From: Nitrososphaeraceae archaeon
GTDB taxonomy: Archaea > Thermoproteota > Nitrososphaeria > Nitrososphaerales > Nitrososphaeraceae
Reading direction: 5' to 3'
NCBI GenBank assembly: GCA_035250975.1
Contig: DATFEP010000076.1
Location: 15,602-79,601 of the forward strand
DNA: 64,000 nt
In this document: positions 40,220 to 51,706 of the stretch, piece after piece
Numbering within the stretch: the stretch's first letter is position 1
Layout of the letters: each line of letters starts with the position of its first letter
Translations under genes and position numbers: made by a program
Notes under the pieces: generated by a model
Database searches by the model: none
Told to the model about the DNA's origin: nothing
The model's input: only the letters and a program-made list of their open reading frames with translations

Positions 40220-41575
40220 TCAATAGACATTTTTCTCATAAGATAATGGTTTAAAGTTAAGATTTAGATCATTAGCATATCTGTATGCTCTTTTTATTTC
40301 TTTTCTGGAAGGAGATCTTGCAATTTCATTATAACGATCTTTGTATTTTGGAGACAATGGATTACATAGATTGTCTGGATGGTATTGATCCATGATATTG
40401 ATCTGAACTTGTGGCATATTCTTGGCAATCCACTCTAGAACAGGCTTGGTACAACACTCAATATGATTGGGCATTACAAGATGACGTATTACAAAATCTT
40501 CTCCCCAATCATGAACAAGTTTTAGATTATTCGTGACAGTTTCCCAGTACCAAGGAGTTCTAGAAAGGTCTAAAGCACATTTGCCAGGACCAAACTTGAA
40601 ATCTGGTAGCCAGGCATCCATGAGTGTACGCAGAATCCTCATTGTCTCACTACTCATAAAGAAGTTCGAGTTCCAGAGCTGTGGGCTATTGAATATAGAC
40701 TGTTTATAGAATGCATATCCCGAATCAAGAGATGAATTGCTAAAATATTTATCAGATTTGACCGATTCAATATAATCAAGATCCTTCATATTATTTATCC
40801 AGTCTATCTTGAAGGAGTCGAGCATACCTATTGCCTGTACAATGGTATGGAGGTGTATAGTTGGATCACCGCCCACCCAGTTAATATTATGGCATCCTTC
40901 CATTCTAAGCTGCCAAATCATTAAAGCTAGATTATTTGGTGTAATAAGAATACCATTTTCCTTGTCTGTGCTTATATCTCCATTTTGACAAAAAGAGCAT
41001 CTCATATTGCAGCTTGTAAAGAAAATTGTTCCTGATCCGTTAGTTCCTCTGAAAATAAGTTCCTCACCACGGTGATGAAAATAACTGCTTACTTTCGAAG
41101 TTGATTCAAGCTGACAAGTACCATGCTTTTTATATGTTCTAGTCTGGCATGATCCGTCTTCATTAACTGCTAGTTGATTAGATCGGTTAATCTGACAATT
41201 CCAGCGACAAAAGTTGCAGTGTGTTAGCATACGTTTAACAAGTTCAACAGTCAAATCTAGTAGTGATGTTTTTTTCTGTTGATTTAATTCAGTTATTATG
41301 TCAGTCTCTTCAGATCTTATTGATTTCCACCTCTCTAGAAATATTTCTGTTAGATTTGTAAATTCCTCCCAAAGTTTTTGTTCATTTATACTTGTTAAAT
41401 CCATAAATTTACAAGGTATGGATCTGGAAATCAGGTATTTGGCAGGCATCCTATTTGTTGATACACCAAAGTACCAAGGTAGACCCGTTCCCCTATTCTC
41501 TTTTAGCTGTTTCCATATGTATAATGATTCAAAATTCCGAAAGCCTTTGTTATTAGCTTGAAAGGATGATCTCAT
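40220..41575 (-). CDS. PflX-like radical SAM protein
   Basis: GSGTIFFTSCNMRCSFCQN (CxxxCxxC), HNINWVGGDPT, PDFKFG, IRHLVMPNH..CC and NIMDQYHP. Confidence 0.9.
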   Translation of the reverse strand: MRSSFQANNKGFRNFESLYIWKQLKENRGTGLPWYFGVSTNRMPAKYLISRSIPCKFMDLTSINEQKLWEEFTNLTEIFLERWKSIRSEETDIITELNQQKKTSLLDLTVELVKRMLTHCNFCRWNCQINRSNQLAVNEDGSCQTRTYKKHGTCQLESTSKVSSYFHHRGEELIFRGTNGSGTIFFTSCNMRCSFCQNGDISTDKENGILITPNNLALMIWQLRMEGCHNINWVGGDPTIHLHTIVQAIGMLDSFKIDWINNMKDLDYIESVKSDKYFSNSSLDSGYAFYKQSIFNSPQLWNSNFFMSSETMRILRTLMDAWLPDFKFGPGKCALDLSRTPWYWETVTNNLKLVHDWGEDFVIRHLVMPNHIECCTKPVLEWIAKNMPQVQINIMDQYHPDNLCNPLSPKYKDRYNEIARSPSRKEIKRAYRYANDLNLNFKPLSYEKNVY

Positions 41576-42074
41576 GTTAGTATATTATAATAGCAATATA
41601 TTTGAGAAGATTTACTTATATTTGTAATCCTTATCCTCAATAAACTAAAATTACTTTACTTTGATAGTTTTCATGAAATATGAGAGGACAATCTGAGCGA
41701 TATCTTTTTCCTCTGCTTAACTAACACTAGTATTTTTGATAGTAAATTTTTTTATGTACATTTCAATTACTAAAAGCATTTTATTTTCTTTTTTGTACCT
41801 AATAACTTGCAGTTTAACAATAAATCACGAAAAATGGTCTATTTTATATTATCTTCCTTTTAAAGAATTTTGCAATTTTTTAAATAAATATGTGCGACTA
41901 TAGAGAAAATATTTATAATTATAGATTCACGAAAACATGAAGAGTATGAGTGATTGGTAGAATAATAAAAAAAACTTGAAGGGAAATATCATGGAATCAA
42001 GTGATCGATAATAGATAAATTCAAAAAACGGAAATAAAACAAAATCTTCGTCTTATCACTAGTATCATTTCATA

Positions 42075-43166
42075 TCATATTATTCTTTTTTTATACAACA
42101 AAATTATTACCACTAACGCTGCTGGAATAGCAAATATTATTGCATATGTGAGCTGAACAAGAAAAATAGTAGATATCAGACCAGTGCTATATTCTCCAAC
42201 TGGTGAAATGATCCCTCCATGCTGCATTCCAGCATCGTCAGATGCTGAGGACGATGATGATATATTGGGATTTTGATATACTATAGTATCAAATATTGTA
42301 TGAGAGGGATTATCTCCAACATTCTCTATTCGAATTGTTATTGGACCTGGCTCAGAAAATGTATATTGAAGTGTAGCAGCGCCCACTTGAGATATTCCAG
42401 ATGTTCGTTCTAAAGTTTTGTTATTTTGAATAACTATAAAGTCAAAAGGCAGTAAATGAGATTTTTTATTTGATGGCATTTCAAAAAAATCAATTAAAAA
42501 AGTTGCAGGATCATGAGTTTTTAAAACTCTAGGACTCCATCCCATGTCTATGTCATATTTCTCGTCATTAGTCAGTGTATGAACTGGAAACCTTGATACT
42601 TTGTTTCCCAGACCATCAACTGGATAGTCTGGTATATTTTTTAACATACCATCGTGTTTAAATGGCTGCTCACTAACTTGTACTGATCCTGTCATCCATG
42701 GATGAATAGTACAAAAATACGTAAACAATCCCTTTTTGTTAGTAAAATTGTATGACCAAGATTTACCAGGGCCAAAAAGTCCGCTATCAAATATACCATT
42801 TGCTTTTCCTAATTCATTACTCAAAAGACTCATAATACCTGAACCTACTCCGCTAGTGACGGTATGGGATTCAACATCATTGTTAGTCCATTTGACTATG
42901 TTTCCAGAATTAATCTCAAGTTTTGGAGGGATATACCATTTTCTCTCTTCTAGATTGGTTATATCTACTGAAGGATTTGCAGATCCTTTTGGAATAGTCA
43001 CCTCGTATACCTTGCTAATATTTATTTTCTCATTTTCCTGTCCATATATAGTTATGAGATCATGGATGAAATACGAGTTATAAAAAAGAAAAATAGACGA
43101 GATTAGTATCAGAGGGGTAAAAACAAAATAGTAGCGCATAGAATGACGGTTATTACAATAAAGCAA
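42075..43166 (-). CDS. Membrane-anchored plastocyanin/cupredoxin-domain protein
   Basis: WTNND..SHTVTSG, FDSG and YFCTIHPWMTG. Signal peptide and C-terminal TM. Confidence 0.9.
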   Translation of the reverse strand: MLYCNNRHSMRYYFVFTPLILISSIFLFYNSYFIHDLITIYGQENEKINISKVYEVTIPKGSANPSVDITNLEERKWYIPPKLEINSGNIVKWTNNDVESHTVTSGVGSGIMSLLSNELGKANGIFDSGLFGPGKSWSYNFTNKKGLFTYFCTIHPWMTGSVQVSEQPFKHDGMLKNIPDYPVDGLGNKVSRFPVHTLTNDEKYDIDMGWSPRVLKTHDPATFLIDFFEMPSNKKSHLLPFDFIVIQNNKTLERTSGISQVGAATLQYTFSEPGPITIRIENVGDNPSHTIFDTIVYQNPNISSSSSASDDAGMQHGGIISPVGEYSTGLISTIFLVQLTYAIIFAIPAALVVIILLYKKRII

Positions 43167-43576
43167 TATATTGTCATTTATGTTTTTATACTAAAAAGTT
43201 TTTAGGAAATAGTATTCAACACTTTAAATTTATTTCTTGAATTTATTTTTAAAAATCAAACAAATCTATCGTTAACTGATTTATTATTATATCTTCCACA
43301 TGCAGATATATACAGACTATCGTATGTTTTACAATTATGAATTTCTAGTAAGCAAATAATGTCTCATATTTAGATAAAATCTTTTAGTTCTAAAACATGC
43401 AAATACATGATGACAGATAGCTTTTATTCGTTAAATAATATGATACTTAGTAAATTTGATTAGAAAATCTAGATTAATTAGTATAGGTTACGGAAATCTG
43501 CTAGTAATAGCGAACTACAAAACAAGACATGATCTATATAAATAAGATAGTTTTAAAATAAAGAGAAGGTGTAAAG

Positions 43577-44452
43577 ATAATTCTCGACAGAAAACTTTCA
43601 GAATTAACTTTAGAAGAATTATTTTCCCAAACATTATACGACACGCCGTGTATTTTTGTGGATAAAAACAGAGATATTTGGGTTGCTATAGAAATATGCG
43701 CTCAATATTTAGAATCAGCTGTAGATGCAATTATTGTTAAAAGTGAAAATAGTCCTGTCGGGATGATTGGTGGACGTGAGATATTATCTCATTTGAGAAA
43801 AAATACCATACCTGATTCTTATTTTAGAGCTAAGATAGGTGATATTTTTTTTAACCAATTTCCTCAAGTCGATGGAAAGATCCAACTTGTTGATTTAATG
43901 GACAAATGGAAAAGTACAGGAAGAGCATTTTCTGTTATTGCTAACCAGAACGGAGATTATTTTTCAATCTCTGCAAGGAAAATGCTTGAAGTCGGGAAGC
44001 GATATAAATCAGGTATTTCTGTTTCCTCCATACCAAAAAAGAAAATAGTTACTTTTAAGGGAGATGAATCCTTAGGCGATGTTCTTGACATTATGTTAAA
44101 ATATCACATTAGAAGGGTCTTGTTGGAAAACTCTAAGCAATTTATTAGTGATAGAATAATTCTGGGTGAAATTTCTAAGATCTTGAAATATCAAGACATA
44201 GATAACCTTCTAGATATTCCTATTAATCAATTTAAATTCGAGTACACAAAAGAAATTACTACTGACCTAACTCTTAGCCAAATATGTTTAATAATGGATA
44301 AAATGGATCATCCTTGTATATTGTATCAAGATTCAATAGTAACTCCTTGGGATATATGTCTCATCTTGCTTTCAGATAATTTGACAGAATCCAGTGGCAG
44401 AACATATTTACAAAAAAGGTTATGTCCACATTGTGGAAAGGAAATAGATTAA
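43577..44452 (+). CDS. CBS-domain protein with C-terminal CxxC knuckle (start 43577/43580 or 43658)
   Basis: CBS-like 'IVTFKGDESLGDVLDIM...IRRV' and C-terminal CPHCGK. The frame is open upstream of the GTG at 43658 back to a TAA at 43559. Confidence 0.7.
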   Translation: MILDRKLSELTLEELFSQTLYDTPCIFVDKNRDIWVAIEICAQYLESAVDAIIVKSENSPVGMIGGREILSHLRKNTIPDSYFRAKIGDIFFNQFPQVDGKIQLVDLMDKWKSTGRAFSVIANQNGDYFSISARKMLEVGKRYKSGISVSSIPKKKIVTFKGDESLGDVLDIMLKYHIRRVLLENSKQFISDRIILGEISKILKYQDIDNLLDIPINQFKFEYTKEITTDLTLSQICLIMDKMDHPCILYQDSIVTPWDICLILLSDNLTESSGRTYLQKRLCPHCGKEID

Positions 44453-44602
44453 AAGCAGATCCAACCAATTTGTAACCGATTTTTTATCATTTTCCCTATT
44501 TATCATATCCTTGTTTGAAATGTTATAATTATATTACTTCAAAAGCATTTCAAAAATTAGTTGAGTATCATCAAAGTTCGTATAGTATGAAATTCCTGTG
44601 AA

Positions 44603-45100
44603 TTAATTTTTATATTTTATTGACAATTTATAATAAATAAATTCATCCTGAAAAAATTGAATCGATTTACCATCTGCTATGTCCTTTTGACCTATAACCC
44701 TGGTTGGTTTTATTTTCAAAAGTAGTTCCCCTTCTGTACTATTTCTCTTACCATAAACCTCTGCTTTATCATTACCCATATATCTTGCTGCTATCATTTT
44801 GGCGCATTTGAAAATTTCTGTTGGTGTATCGCTAATTACTTCTGCAATACCATCAATAGTAACAAATGAGAAAGGAGGAGTTTGGTCATCTACACATAAA
44901 CGAACTCGGTTAACACGTTGAATATTTTTTGCTTTTAGTGATTTGTCACCTGTATTAAAAATGATATTACCCTGTTCATCCAAGGTATACCATATGGGAA
45001 CTACATGTGTAGTTCCATTCTTGTTAATTGTTCCTGATTTTCCTGTAAAAGTTCCTTGTAAAAGAAATCTTCTGATTTCATCTTCCGTCATTTCTTGCAT
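44603..45100 (-). CDS. PPOX-class, putative F420-dependent oxidoreductase
   Basis: HVVPIWY, FNT...S.KAKNI...RV.LCVDD..PPFSFV..DG.A. The tail after IAD may result from a 1-nt deletion. Confidence 0.85.
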   Translation of the reverse strand: MQEMTEDEIRRFLLQGTFTGKSGTINKNGTTHVVPIWYTLDEQGNIIFNTGDKSLKAKNIQRVNRVRLCVDDQTPPFSFVTIDGIAEVISDTPTEIFKCAKMIAARYMGNDKAEVYGKRNSTEGELLLKIKPTRVIGQKDIADGKSIQFFQDEFIYYKLSIKYKN

Positions 45101-45614
45101 TAGTATGAATAGCTGACTAAAATTTATAAATTATATCAAAATATATTGCTGCTGAAGGTTCTTGTTTTAAATTACAAAAGTGTCATACACAAGTGAATCT
45201 TCCATGTACAAATACATGAGTATTTTATTATAACATGTATTTTCAATCTTAAAAGTCTTCAAAATTTAATTTTTATGTCATTCGTAAAAATAATAACAAC
45301 ACTTAAAGTTTTACTAAGGTAACTAAATACTTAAAAGAAATTATTAGTACAAAGTAGAGAAATCAAACTTTATGAATATAGTAAAATAAATACTAATTAT
45401 TAGCCTTAGATAAATTTATCATCTAATTATGAAAAGGATAATTATTTGAAAAAGATAAAACAAAATAAGCAAAATAAATAAACAATTCTACATTTCGAAA
45501 TGAGTTTGAAATAGGAAAAGGAGTATCTCAATGGACGTATGACGACAATGAGAAACATAGTAGAAGGATAGCTGATTTCTTAAGTTTAGGAGAAATAAAC
45601 ACGTTACATAACTA

Positions 45615-46535
45615 TTAACGCAGTAATCTATTTGAAATAAACTCGTGCAATTGTGAATCAGACATATTCTTTTTTGCTTGTGCAAAAGTTTTAGCATCTT
45701 CTCCTACTGTATATCTGAACAAAGATTCTGAAGAATTTGAAGCAATTCTAATTCCTTCAAGAATTACCGTAGCAACTTCTTTTGGTGATGGAGCATTTGT
45801 CATAGCAGGATAATAATGAGATAGAAATGCATCTATAGTATTGGAATAATATGAAGAATTTTTTTTCTTAATATCATTGCTAGAAACATTAATTTCTGAT
45901 TCTTCTTCCAATAAAGTCTTTTGTGATTTATCATCATGTTTATCTGGAAATTTAATATTTGGTACGAAATTAGTATTAATAACACCTGGTTCAATAAGTA
46001 TTACTTTTATTCCATATGGTTGAAGTTCATAAGATATAGATTCGCTGAATCCCTCTAATGCAAATTTTGTACTAACATATACACTAGTTGCAGGAATACC
46101 AACGATGCCAGACATTGAACTAATGTTTATTATTATTCCATTTTTCTGTTCTCTCATTGAGGGTAAAACCTCTTTAATAGTTCTTATTGCACCAAAGAGA
46201 TTTGTATCAAACTGATTCTTTGTTTCTTCTATTGATATGTCTTCTAAAGCACCAAATAAACCATAACCTGCATTATTTACCAAAATGTCAATTTTCTTCT
46301 TTTCAACAAGTATTTTATGTATCGCATTTCTTACTGAATAATCATCATTTACATCTAAGGATAAAACCTCTAAAGGCAGATTTCCTTTATTGGCTATTTT
46401 TTCAATTATGTCACTCTTACGTTCTCTCATTGTAGCATATGTGTAAAATCCATTTCTTGCAAGAAGTAATGAAGTTTCAAATCCTATCCCCGTTGAACTG
46501 CCAGTAACTATTGCAATATTTTGTCTTTTTTCCAT
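45615..46535 (-). CDS. Short-chain dehydrogenase/reductase
   Basis: TGSSTGIG, NNAGYG, YVSTK and IEPG. Confidence 0.95.
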   Translation of the reverse strand: MEKRQNIAIVTGSSTGIGFETSLLLARNGFYTYATMRERKSDIIEKIANKGNLPLEVLSLDVNDDYSVRNAIHKILVEKKKIDILVNNAGYGLFGALEDISIEETKNQFDTNLFGAIRTIKEVLPSMREQKNGIIINISSMSGIVGIPATSVYVSTKFALEGFSESISYELQPYGIKVILIEPGVINTNFVPNIKFPDKHDDKSQKTLLEEESEINVSSNDIKKKNSSYYSNTIDAFLSHYYPAMTNAPSPKEVATVILEGIRIASNSSESLFRYTVGEDAKTFAQAKKNMSDSQLHEFISNRLLR

Positions 46536-46697
46536 CCTAGTTATGCAATTACAAAAAAAAGAGTAAATACATTTCTATAGTTAACGTTAAAAGTTAGATC
46601 TTGACATACTATTAAGTTGAAGAATACCTAGTATTTTCGATAAATTATGAAATTATATAAAGAGCACAACTTTCTAATAGAACTTTTATTACAATAA

Positions 46698-46873
46698 AGT
46701 AACTAGTCCCGCTTTATAGAAGGGTTCAAATCCCACAAATCTAGCTTGAAAATAGTAGTGAACCCATTATTTCACTTGCTGGTTCCATATACTGAGTTTA
46801 ATTTAAAAACTTAGCTAACATATTCGTATATTCAAATTGAACCCTTTTCATCAATGGGACTAAGCAGATATGA
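46698..46873. repeat. Dispersed repeat copy A (complete L-M-R), containing a 26-bp imperfect inverted repeat
   Basis: tagtcccgctttatagaagggttcaa (46704-) versus ttgaacccttttcatcaatgggacta (-46862). Similar to copies at 53719 and 54764. Confidence 0.75.
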
Positions 46874-47135
46874 CTCTGTCGAAATAATAAAATTTAAGAA
46901 TCAAATTTATTATTCAAATTTTTTTTGTATTTTTATAATCATTTTACACATAATTTCTTAAGTCTCAACAACATAATAACTTTGAACCTAGCCAATATAT
47001 AGAGAAATTAAAGATACTAAAAGATTGAGTCATTAAAACCATATTATCTATAACCTGCTCCATATATAAATAAAGACCAAATTCTATAGCATCCTCAATA
47101 TTAAAGATAATTTACAAGAAATTTCCTTTTACGTA

Positions 47136-47738
47136 CTATTTCTTTTCTTCACTCTGTTCATGTCCTTGAAAGATTTTCTTTACCTTTTCCTTTACCTTTT
47201 CCTTTAACTTTTTTTTTCCAGCTTCTACATTAACAGTTCCAGTTGTAATCATCTGTATTCCTATAATTATCAAATCTACTGCTATTAATTTACTAATAAA
47301 TAATTTACCCCAGAAGGGAATGATATTAATACCAACAGAAATTATTATGCCTAAAATTCCTACTGCTATGGTAAATCCTCTAACTAGTCTCTTATCAGAT
47401 TTATTGGTCAATCCATCGGCTAATCGTGAAAACCCATCTACCATTAACGAAAATCCCAAAATTAATAAAAGTACTCTAGCAGCTGCTATAGGATATGTCA
47501 ATGCCAATCCTGCTAGAATAATAGTCAATACACCTAATCCTACAGTGAAGAATCGTAAGTTATGAACAATAAACAATCCAGTAATAGTTTTTTCAAATCC
47601 TGTAATAACTAAAACTATAGCTATTAAAATGAGTAAAATCGTTAGACCCGAATTTGTTAGTGCAATAATTGCAAGTATGATAGCTAAAGCACCAAGTAAG
47701 ATTTGGACTGCTCTCACCCATTTTAGAGATTTTTTCAT
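47136..47738 (-). CDS. HdeD/DUF308 family membrane protein
   Basis: Six short TM helices with repeated 'G.L.IILA..AL..P' and a Lys-rich tail. Confidence 0.8.
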   Translation of the reverse strand: MKKSLKWVRAVQILLGALAIILAIIALTNSGLTILLILIAIVLVITGFEKTITGLFIVHNLRFFTVGLGVLTIILAGLALTYPIAAARVLLLILGFSLMVDGFSRLADGLTNKSDKRLVRGFTIAVGILGIIISVGINIIPFWGKLFISKLIAVDLIIIGIQMITTGTVNVEAGKKKLKEKVKEKVKKIFQGHEQSEEKK

Positions 47739-47930
47739 AGTTACCGTTATACAGACCCTTATTTAGTAGACTTGTATATTTCCAACAATTAATACATTCT
47801 CTTCAGAATTAACCAATGAAGTAGGATTACATTATATAATGCAAATCTCAAATCAGTAATATACCATTTATTCATACATAGACAAATATTAAACCATGAA
47901 AATATATACAAGTATTAAATTTTTAACGTT

Positions 47931-48421
47931 ATGAAGTTAGATGTCTATGCAAAATCTACTTTAGTAGTTTTAATAGTTCTCAGTCCTTCTATTTCTATAA
48001 TACATTTTGAAAATGCAAAAGCATAAACTATTAGTTCAAGCAATCCGAAGGAACTATTAAAAGAATTCAAAACAGGAAAGGATGCTATGCAAAAAGACAT
48101 TCAGATAAATTTTAATCAATTAATAAATGAAGTTAAATCATAATTAAATTTTAGTTCTGTTGATTCACATCTTTCATTAGCCTCTCAAAATTTTATAAAT
48201 GGAAGGATATCTGAAGGTTTATCTGAATTAAAATGTGCAAATGAAGAATGGAAGAATTCTACTATGACAATTATTAAAATAGAAGTGATTTTATTTCTAT
48301 TGGGGAAAATAATTTAACATCTATGAATGATATTACAAAAGAAATTTTAGATAATTTCGGTAATATTTTAATAATTGTTGGAAAAAAAATAGAAAATTTA
48401 AGAATTCAACTTTCCAATTGA
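47931..48421 (+). pseudogene. Pseudogene of a secreted helical protein
   Basis: MKLDVYAKSTLVVLIVLSPSISIIHFENAKA* with in-frame TAA at 48024 and 48141 and a frameshift near 48285. The frame otherwise reads as protein-like to the TGA at 48419-48421. Confidence 0.6.
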
Positions 48422-48519
48422 TATAAATTTATATATGTACAATCATTCTGCATTTTTGAAGAAAAATATTAGATTTTGAAAAAGTAATTTTTATAAAGTA
48501 ATATATAATTTCAGTCTTA

Positions 48520-49896
48520 TTGATAAATAATAGGCAACAACTTCCACCAGGACCACAAATTTCTTTTTCAGAATTTATGGACAAAGTTAATGAAAATCCT
48601 TTCAATTTCCTAATAGATTTAATACAAAATTATGGAGATATTATTTATCTCAAGTTACAACAAAAAGATGTTTATATTTTAAGTAATCCTGAATATATAG
48701 AACAAATTTTTACCAGAGATTACAAATTATTTTCTAAAGCAAGAGCAGCAGAATTAAGACTTTCTTTAGGTAATGGTCTACTGTTAAATGAAGGAGACTC
48801 ACATAAACAACATAGAAAAATTATCCAACCATTATTTTTACCTAAAGCAATCAAATCATATAGCAATATCATGGTCGACAATATAAAACACATTTCTGAT
48901 AATTGGCAAGAAAATACTACAATTGATGTATTACAAGAGATGACTATGTTGGCTATGGGTGTAATGGCTGAATCTCTATTTGGAATAAATTTTAGAGATA
49001 GAGATACATTTTCAAAAGTTAGTGATTCGTTTACAAATATTTTAGAATCATTTACTCAAGTACATGAGCCTGTTGAGAATATTCTCACAGACGAAGAATC
49101 AACAAATACAGAAAACAAAAAACAGAACAAATTCCAAGATTCTATTGATTATTTAAATCAAAAAATTTATACTTTAATTGCTCATATTAAGAATACCAAT
49201 CCTGAAAAACCAAATCTTATCTCACATCTAATGAAAGCAAAAGATCCTGATAGTGGTGAAACAGGGTTACCTGAACAACAAATTAGAGATGAAATACTGA
49301 TATTTCTATTTGCTGCTCATGATACCACATCAACTGCTCTAACATGGTCTTTGGCTTATCTTGCAACAAATCAAGGGATTCAAGATAAACTACAAAAAGA
49401 ATTAGACTTAGTACTTGAAGGAGGAAGACTACCAACTGGAGATGATTTACCAAAGTTGGAATACGCTGAAAAAATTTTTAAAGAGACCCTTAGAATAAGA
49501 CCATCTGTATGGGCATTATCAAGATTGACAAATGAAGAATACAAAATAGGAGAATATGTAATACCAAGCAATTCAATTATTTTTATGAGTCAATATGCAA
49601 TGCATAATAGTGCAAAATATTATGCAGATCCAGATAAATTTATACCTGAGAGATGGACAAAAGAATTCTTATTCAAGTTACCAAGATTTGCTTATTTTCC
49701 ATTTGGTGGAGGTATTAGATCGTGTATTGGCGAAACATTTGCAGTTCAAGAAGGAATTCTTGCATTAGCAACTATATTTCAAAGATGGAAGATTCTGCCA
49801 AAAGAGGGAACAGATATAAGTTTTGAACCAAAACGATTGGGTGGATTCACAAAACCAAAATATCCTATAAACGTAATAGTGAAGAGCAGACAGTAA
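48520..49896 (+). CDS. Cytochrome P450
   Basis: PPGP, I-helix AAHDTT, ETLR (ExxR), PERW and FGGGIRSCIG heme-thiolate motif. Confidence 0.97.
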   Translation: MINNRQQLPPGPQISFSEFMDKVNENPFNFLIDLIQNYGDIIYLKLQQKDVYILSNPEYIEQIFTRDYKLFSKARAAELRLSLGNGLLLNEGDSHKQHRKIIQPLFLPKAIKSYSNIMVDNIKHISDNWQENTTIDVLQEMTMLAMGVMAESLFGINFRDRDTFSKVSDSFTNILESFTQVHEPVENILTDEESTNTENKKQNKFQDSIDYLNQKIYTLIAHIKNTNPEKPNLISHLMKAKDPDSGETGLPEQQIRDEILIFLFAAHDTTSTALTWSLAYLATNQGIQDKLQKELDLVLEGGRLPTGDDLPKLEYAEKIFKETLRIRPSVWALSRLTNEEYKIGEYVIPSNSIIFMSQYAMHNSAKYYADPDKFIPERWTKEFLFKLPRFAYFPFGGGIRSCIGETFAVQEGILALATIFQRWKILPKEGTDISFEPKRLGGFTKPKYPINVIVKSRQ

Positions 49897-50037
49897 TTAT
49901 AATTATATTTTAATATATCAATTCAGTAAAGATTTTACCCTTTAAATATTCATAATGATTCAAAATATTATTTAAAAACTCAATTTCATAGAATAAAATT
50001 TCGTATAGTATTGTATTACCATATTATCTTTTTTCTG

Positions 50038-51546
50038 TTACTTTTTATCTTCAGTATTACTATCATTTTTTTTAGATATCAAATCTTTTAGAACATCAGC
50101 TATGTTTTCTTTTAATATTTCGTATTGATCTTTAGTTATCTTTCCTCTAATAAATTCTTGTTTTAGGAATCTTAGATTACTCATTATATTTTTAATTGAA
50201 ATATTAGGATTATCTGAATTCTGTTCTTTAAGAATATTTTTTAGGTACTTGTTAGCAGTTCGTTTTTGAAAATATTCCTTGGTTGCCCTAGTAATAGACG
50301 GAATAAAAAAGGTGAATACGGCTCCAAGAAATACTGCAATATATTGGGATGGAATTTCGTCAAAGTTAATTAAACGATTCCTTTCGTCAATAAGATTAAG
50401 ATTCAAGTAAAGTATTTTATTGTATACGTTTTCCTGTGTTAATGAATTATTAAAACCAGATTCGATAAAATCATTTTCACTTATAACACTATAAGATAAA
50501 TTGAGAGGAACAACAACATTTTTTTGATCATAATTAGAACTAGCAATGATATTCATAGGAAGTACGCCTTTTCCATTTAATAGATTAAATTGATTTCCTT
50601 GACTAAAATTAATATATAAATCACCATCATCATTAGAAAGATCTTTTTTTAGTGATTCAACTTCCACATTTAAATTGTATAAACCAGTGTTATTAAATTC
50701 TAGAACAATCGAGTTTTTGCCATTCTTGATATTTATTGATTTATCTTCTAAAATCAAATCTGGACGTGGAATATGTATTTTTCCAAAAACATAGGAAAAC
50801 TTGTAGTCTTCTGATTTCCTTCCAACTTCAACTAATATTCCATAATTTGTAGGATAGTCTATTTGGGCAAGGTCCAAAGTAACCTTAAACCCATCTGGGA
50901 TAATAGACAAATATTGTTTAGTAACATTGGAGGAAAACAATAGAGGTTGAAAGTCATAGTCTAAGAGTTCATATTCTCGTATACTCCAGTCAAGTTTTTC
51001 AATTAAATCCTTCGAATTTATTGTTCTTGTTATTATTTCTTGTAGTTGCTCACCTTCAAGAATCTCAATATGGTTTGAATGATTTTGTGTAAAACTCGAA
51101 AAGTTTGTAGTAGAACTTGACTTGTTGTTATTATTGTAAAAATTTGGATTGTTATGGGTTAATAAATATCTATAATTATAACCTAAGAATCCAGTTGTTT
51201 CATCATCATCAGAGTCTACAAATATATTAATAAAAATGTTCTGTGGAACGGTACTACTATTTAATAATGCATTTTTAAGTTTATCTAGAAAATCATTAAA
51301 TAAAAATTTTATTTCAAGATGAGTACCATTACTTGATACATATACTCTGTCTAGATCAGTACTTTGTAGTAAATAGTTAAGAGTTTTATTAGAACCATCA
51401 TCTGGGCCATAATATATGTAATTTTGTATTTCTTTATTTAGGAATTCGGTTTTTAATTTTGGAGAAAATCCGTATATAGAATATAAAAAAGTAAGACATA
51501 CCATAAAAGAAAGAAAGAAAAAAATAGCAGTAATTGCAATTTTCAA
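50038..51546 (-). CDS. Exported, C-terminally membrane-anchored hypothetical protein
   Basis: Signal peptide, DSDDDETTG loop, TM at IAVFLGAVFTFFIP, and SHOCT-like tail GKITKDQYEILK. Confidence 0.65.
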   Translation of the reverse strand: MKIAITAIFFFLSFMVCLTFLYSIYGFSPKLKTEFLNKEIQNYIYYGPDDGSNKTLNYLLQSTDLDRVYVSSNGTHLEIKFLFNDFLDKLKNALLNSSTVPQNIFINIFVDSDDDETTGFLGYNYRYLLTHNNPNFYNNNNKSSSTTNFSSFTQNHSNHIEILEGEQLQEIITRTINSKDLIEKLDWSIREYELLDYDFQPLLFSSNVTKQYLSIIPDGFKVTLDLAQIDYPTNYGILVEVGRKSEDYKFSYVFGKIHIPRPDLILEDKSINIKNGKNSIVLEFNNTGLYNLNVEVESLKKDLSNDDGDLYINFSQGNQFNLLNGKGVLPMNIIASSNYDQKNVVVPLNLSYSVISENDFIESGFNNSLTQENVYNKILYLNLNLIDERNRLINFDEIPSQYIAVFLGAVFTFFIPSITRATKEYFQKRTANKYLKNILKEQNSDNPNISIKNIMSNLRFLKQEFIRGKITKDQYEILKENIADVLKDLISKKNDSNTEDKK

Positions 51547-51706
51547 TAATGAACTGTCAAATACTTTGCAATTTTAATTTTTTCATCTTTTATAATCTAT
51601 TTATCTAAAATATACATTATGACGCTAGTAATGGCTTTATGCCAAATCCATCTTATAGTCAGACAGGTAGCCAATAAAGTTGCTTATTTAACATTTGAAA
51701 TAGATT

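Noticed and set aside
46722-46737. GGGTTCAAATCCCAC as part of a tRNA gene (also gggttcgactc near 13332)
   Set aside because: No D-arm, anticodon arm or matching acceptor stem can be built. The 46722 motif is treated only as part of the dispersed repeat.
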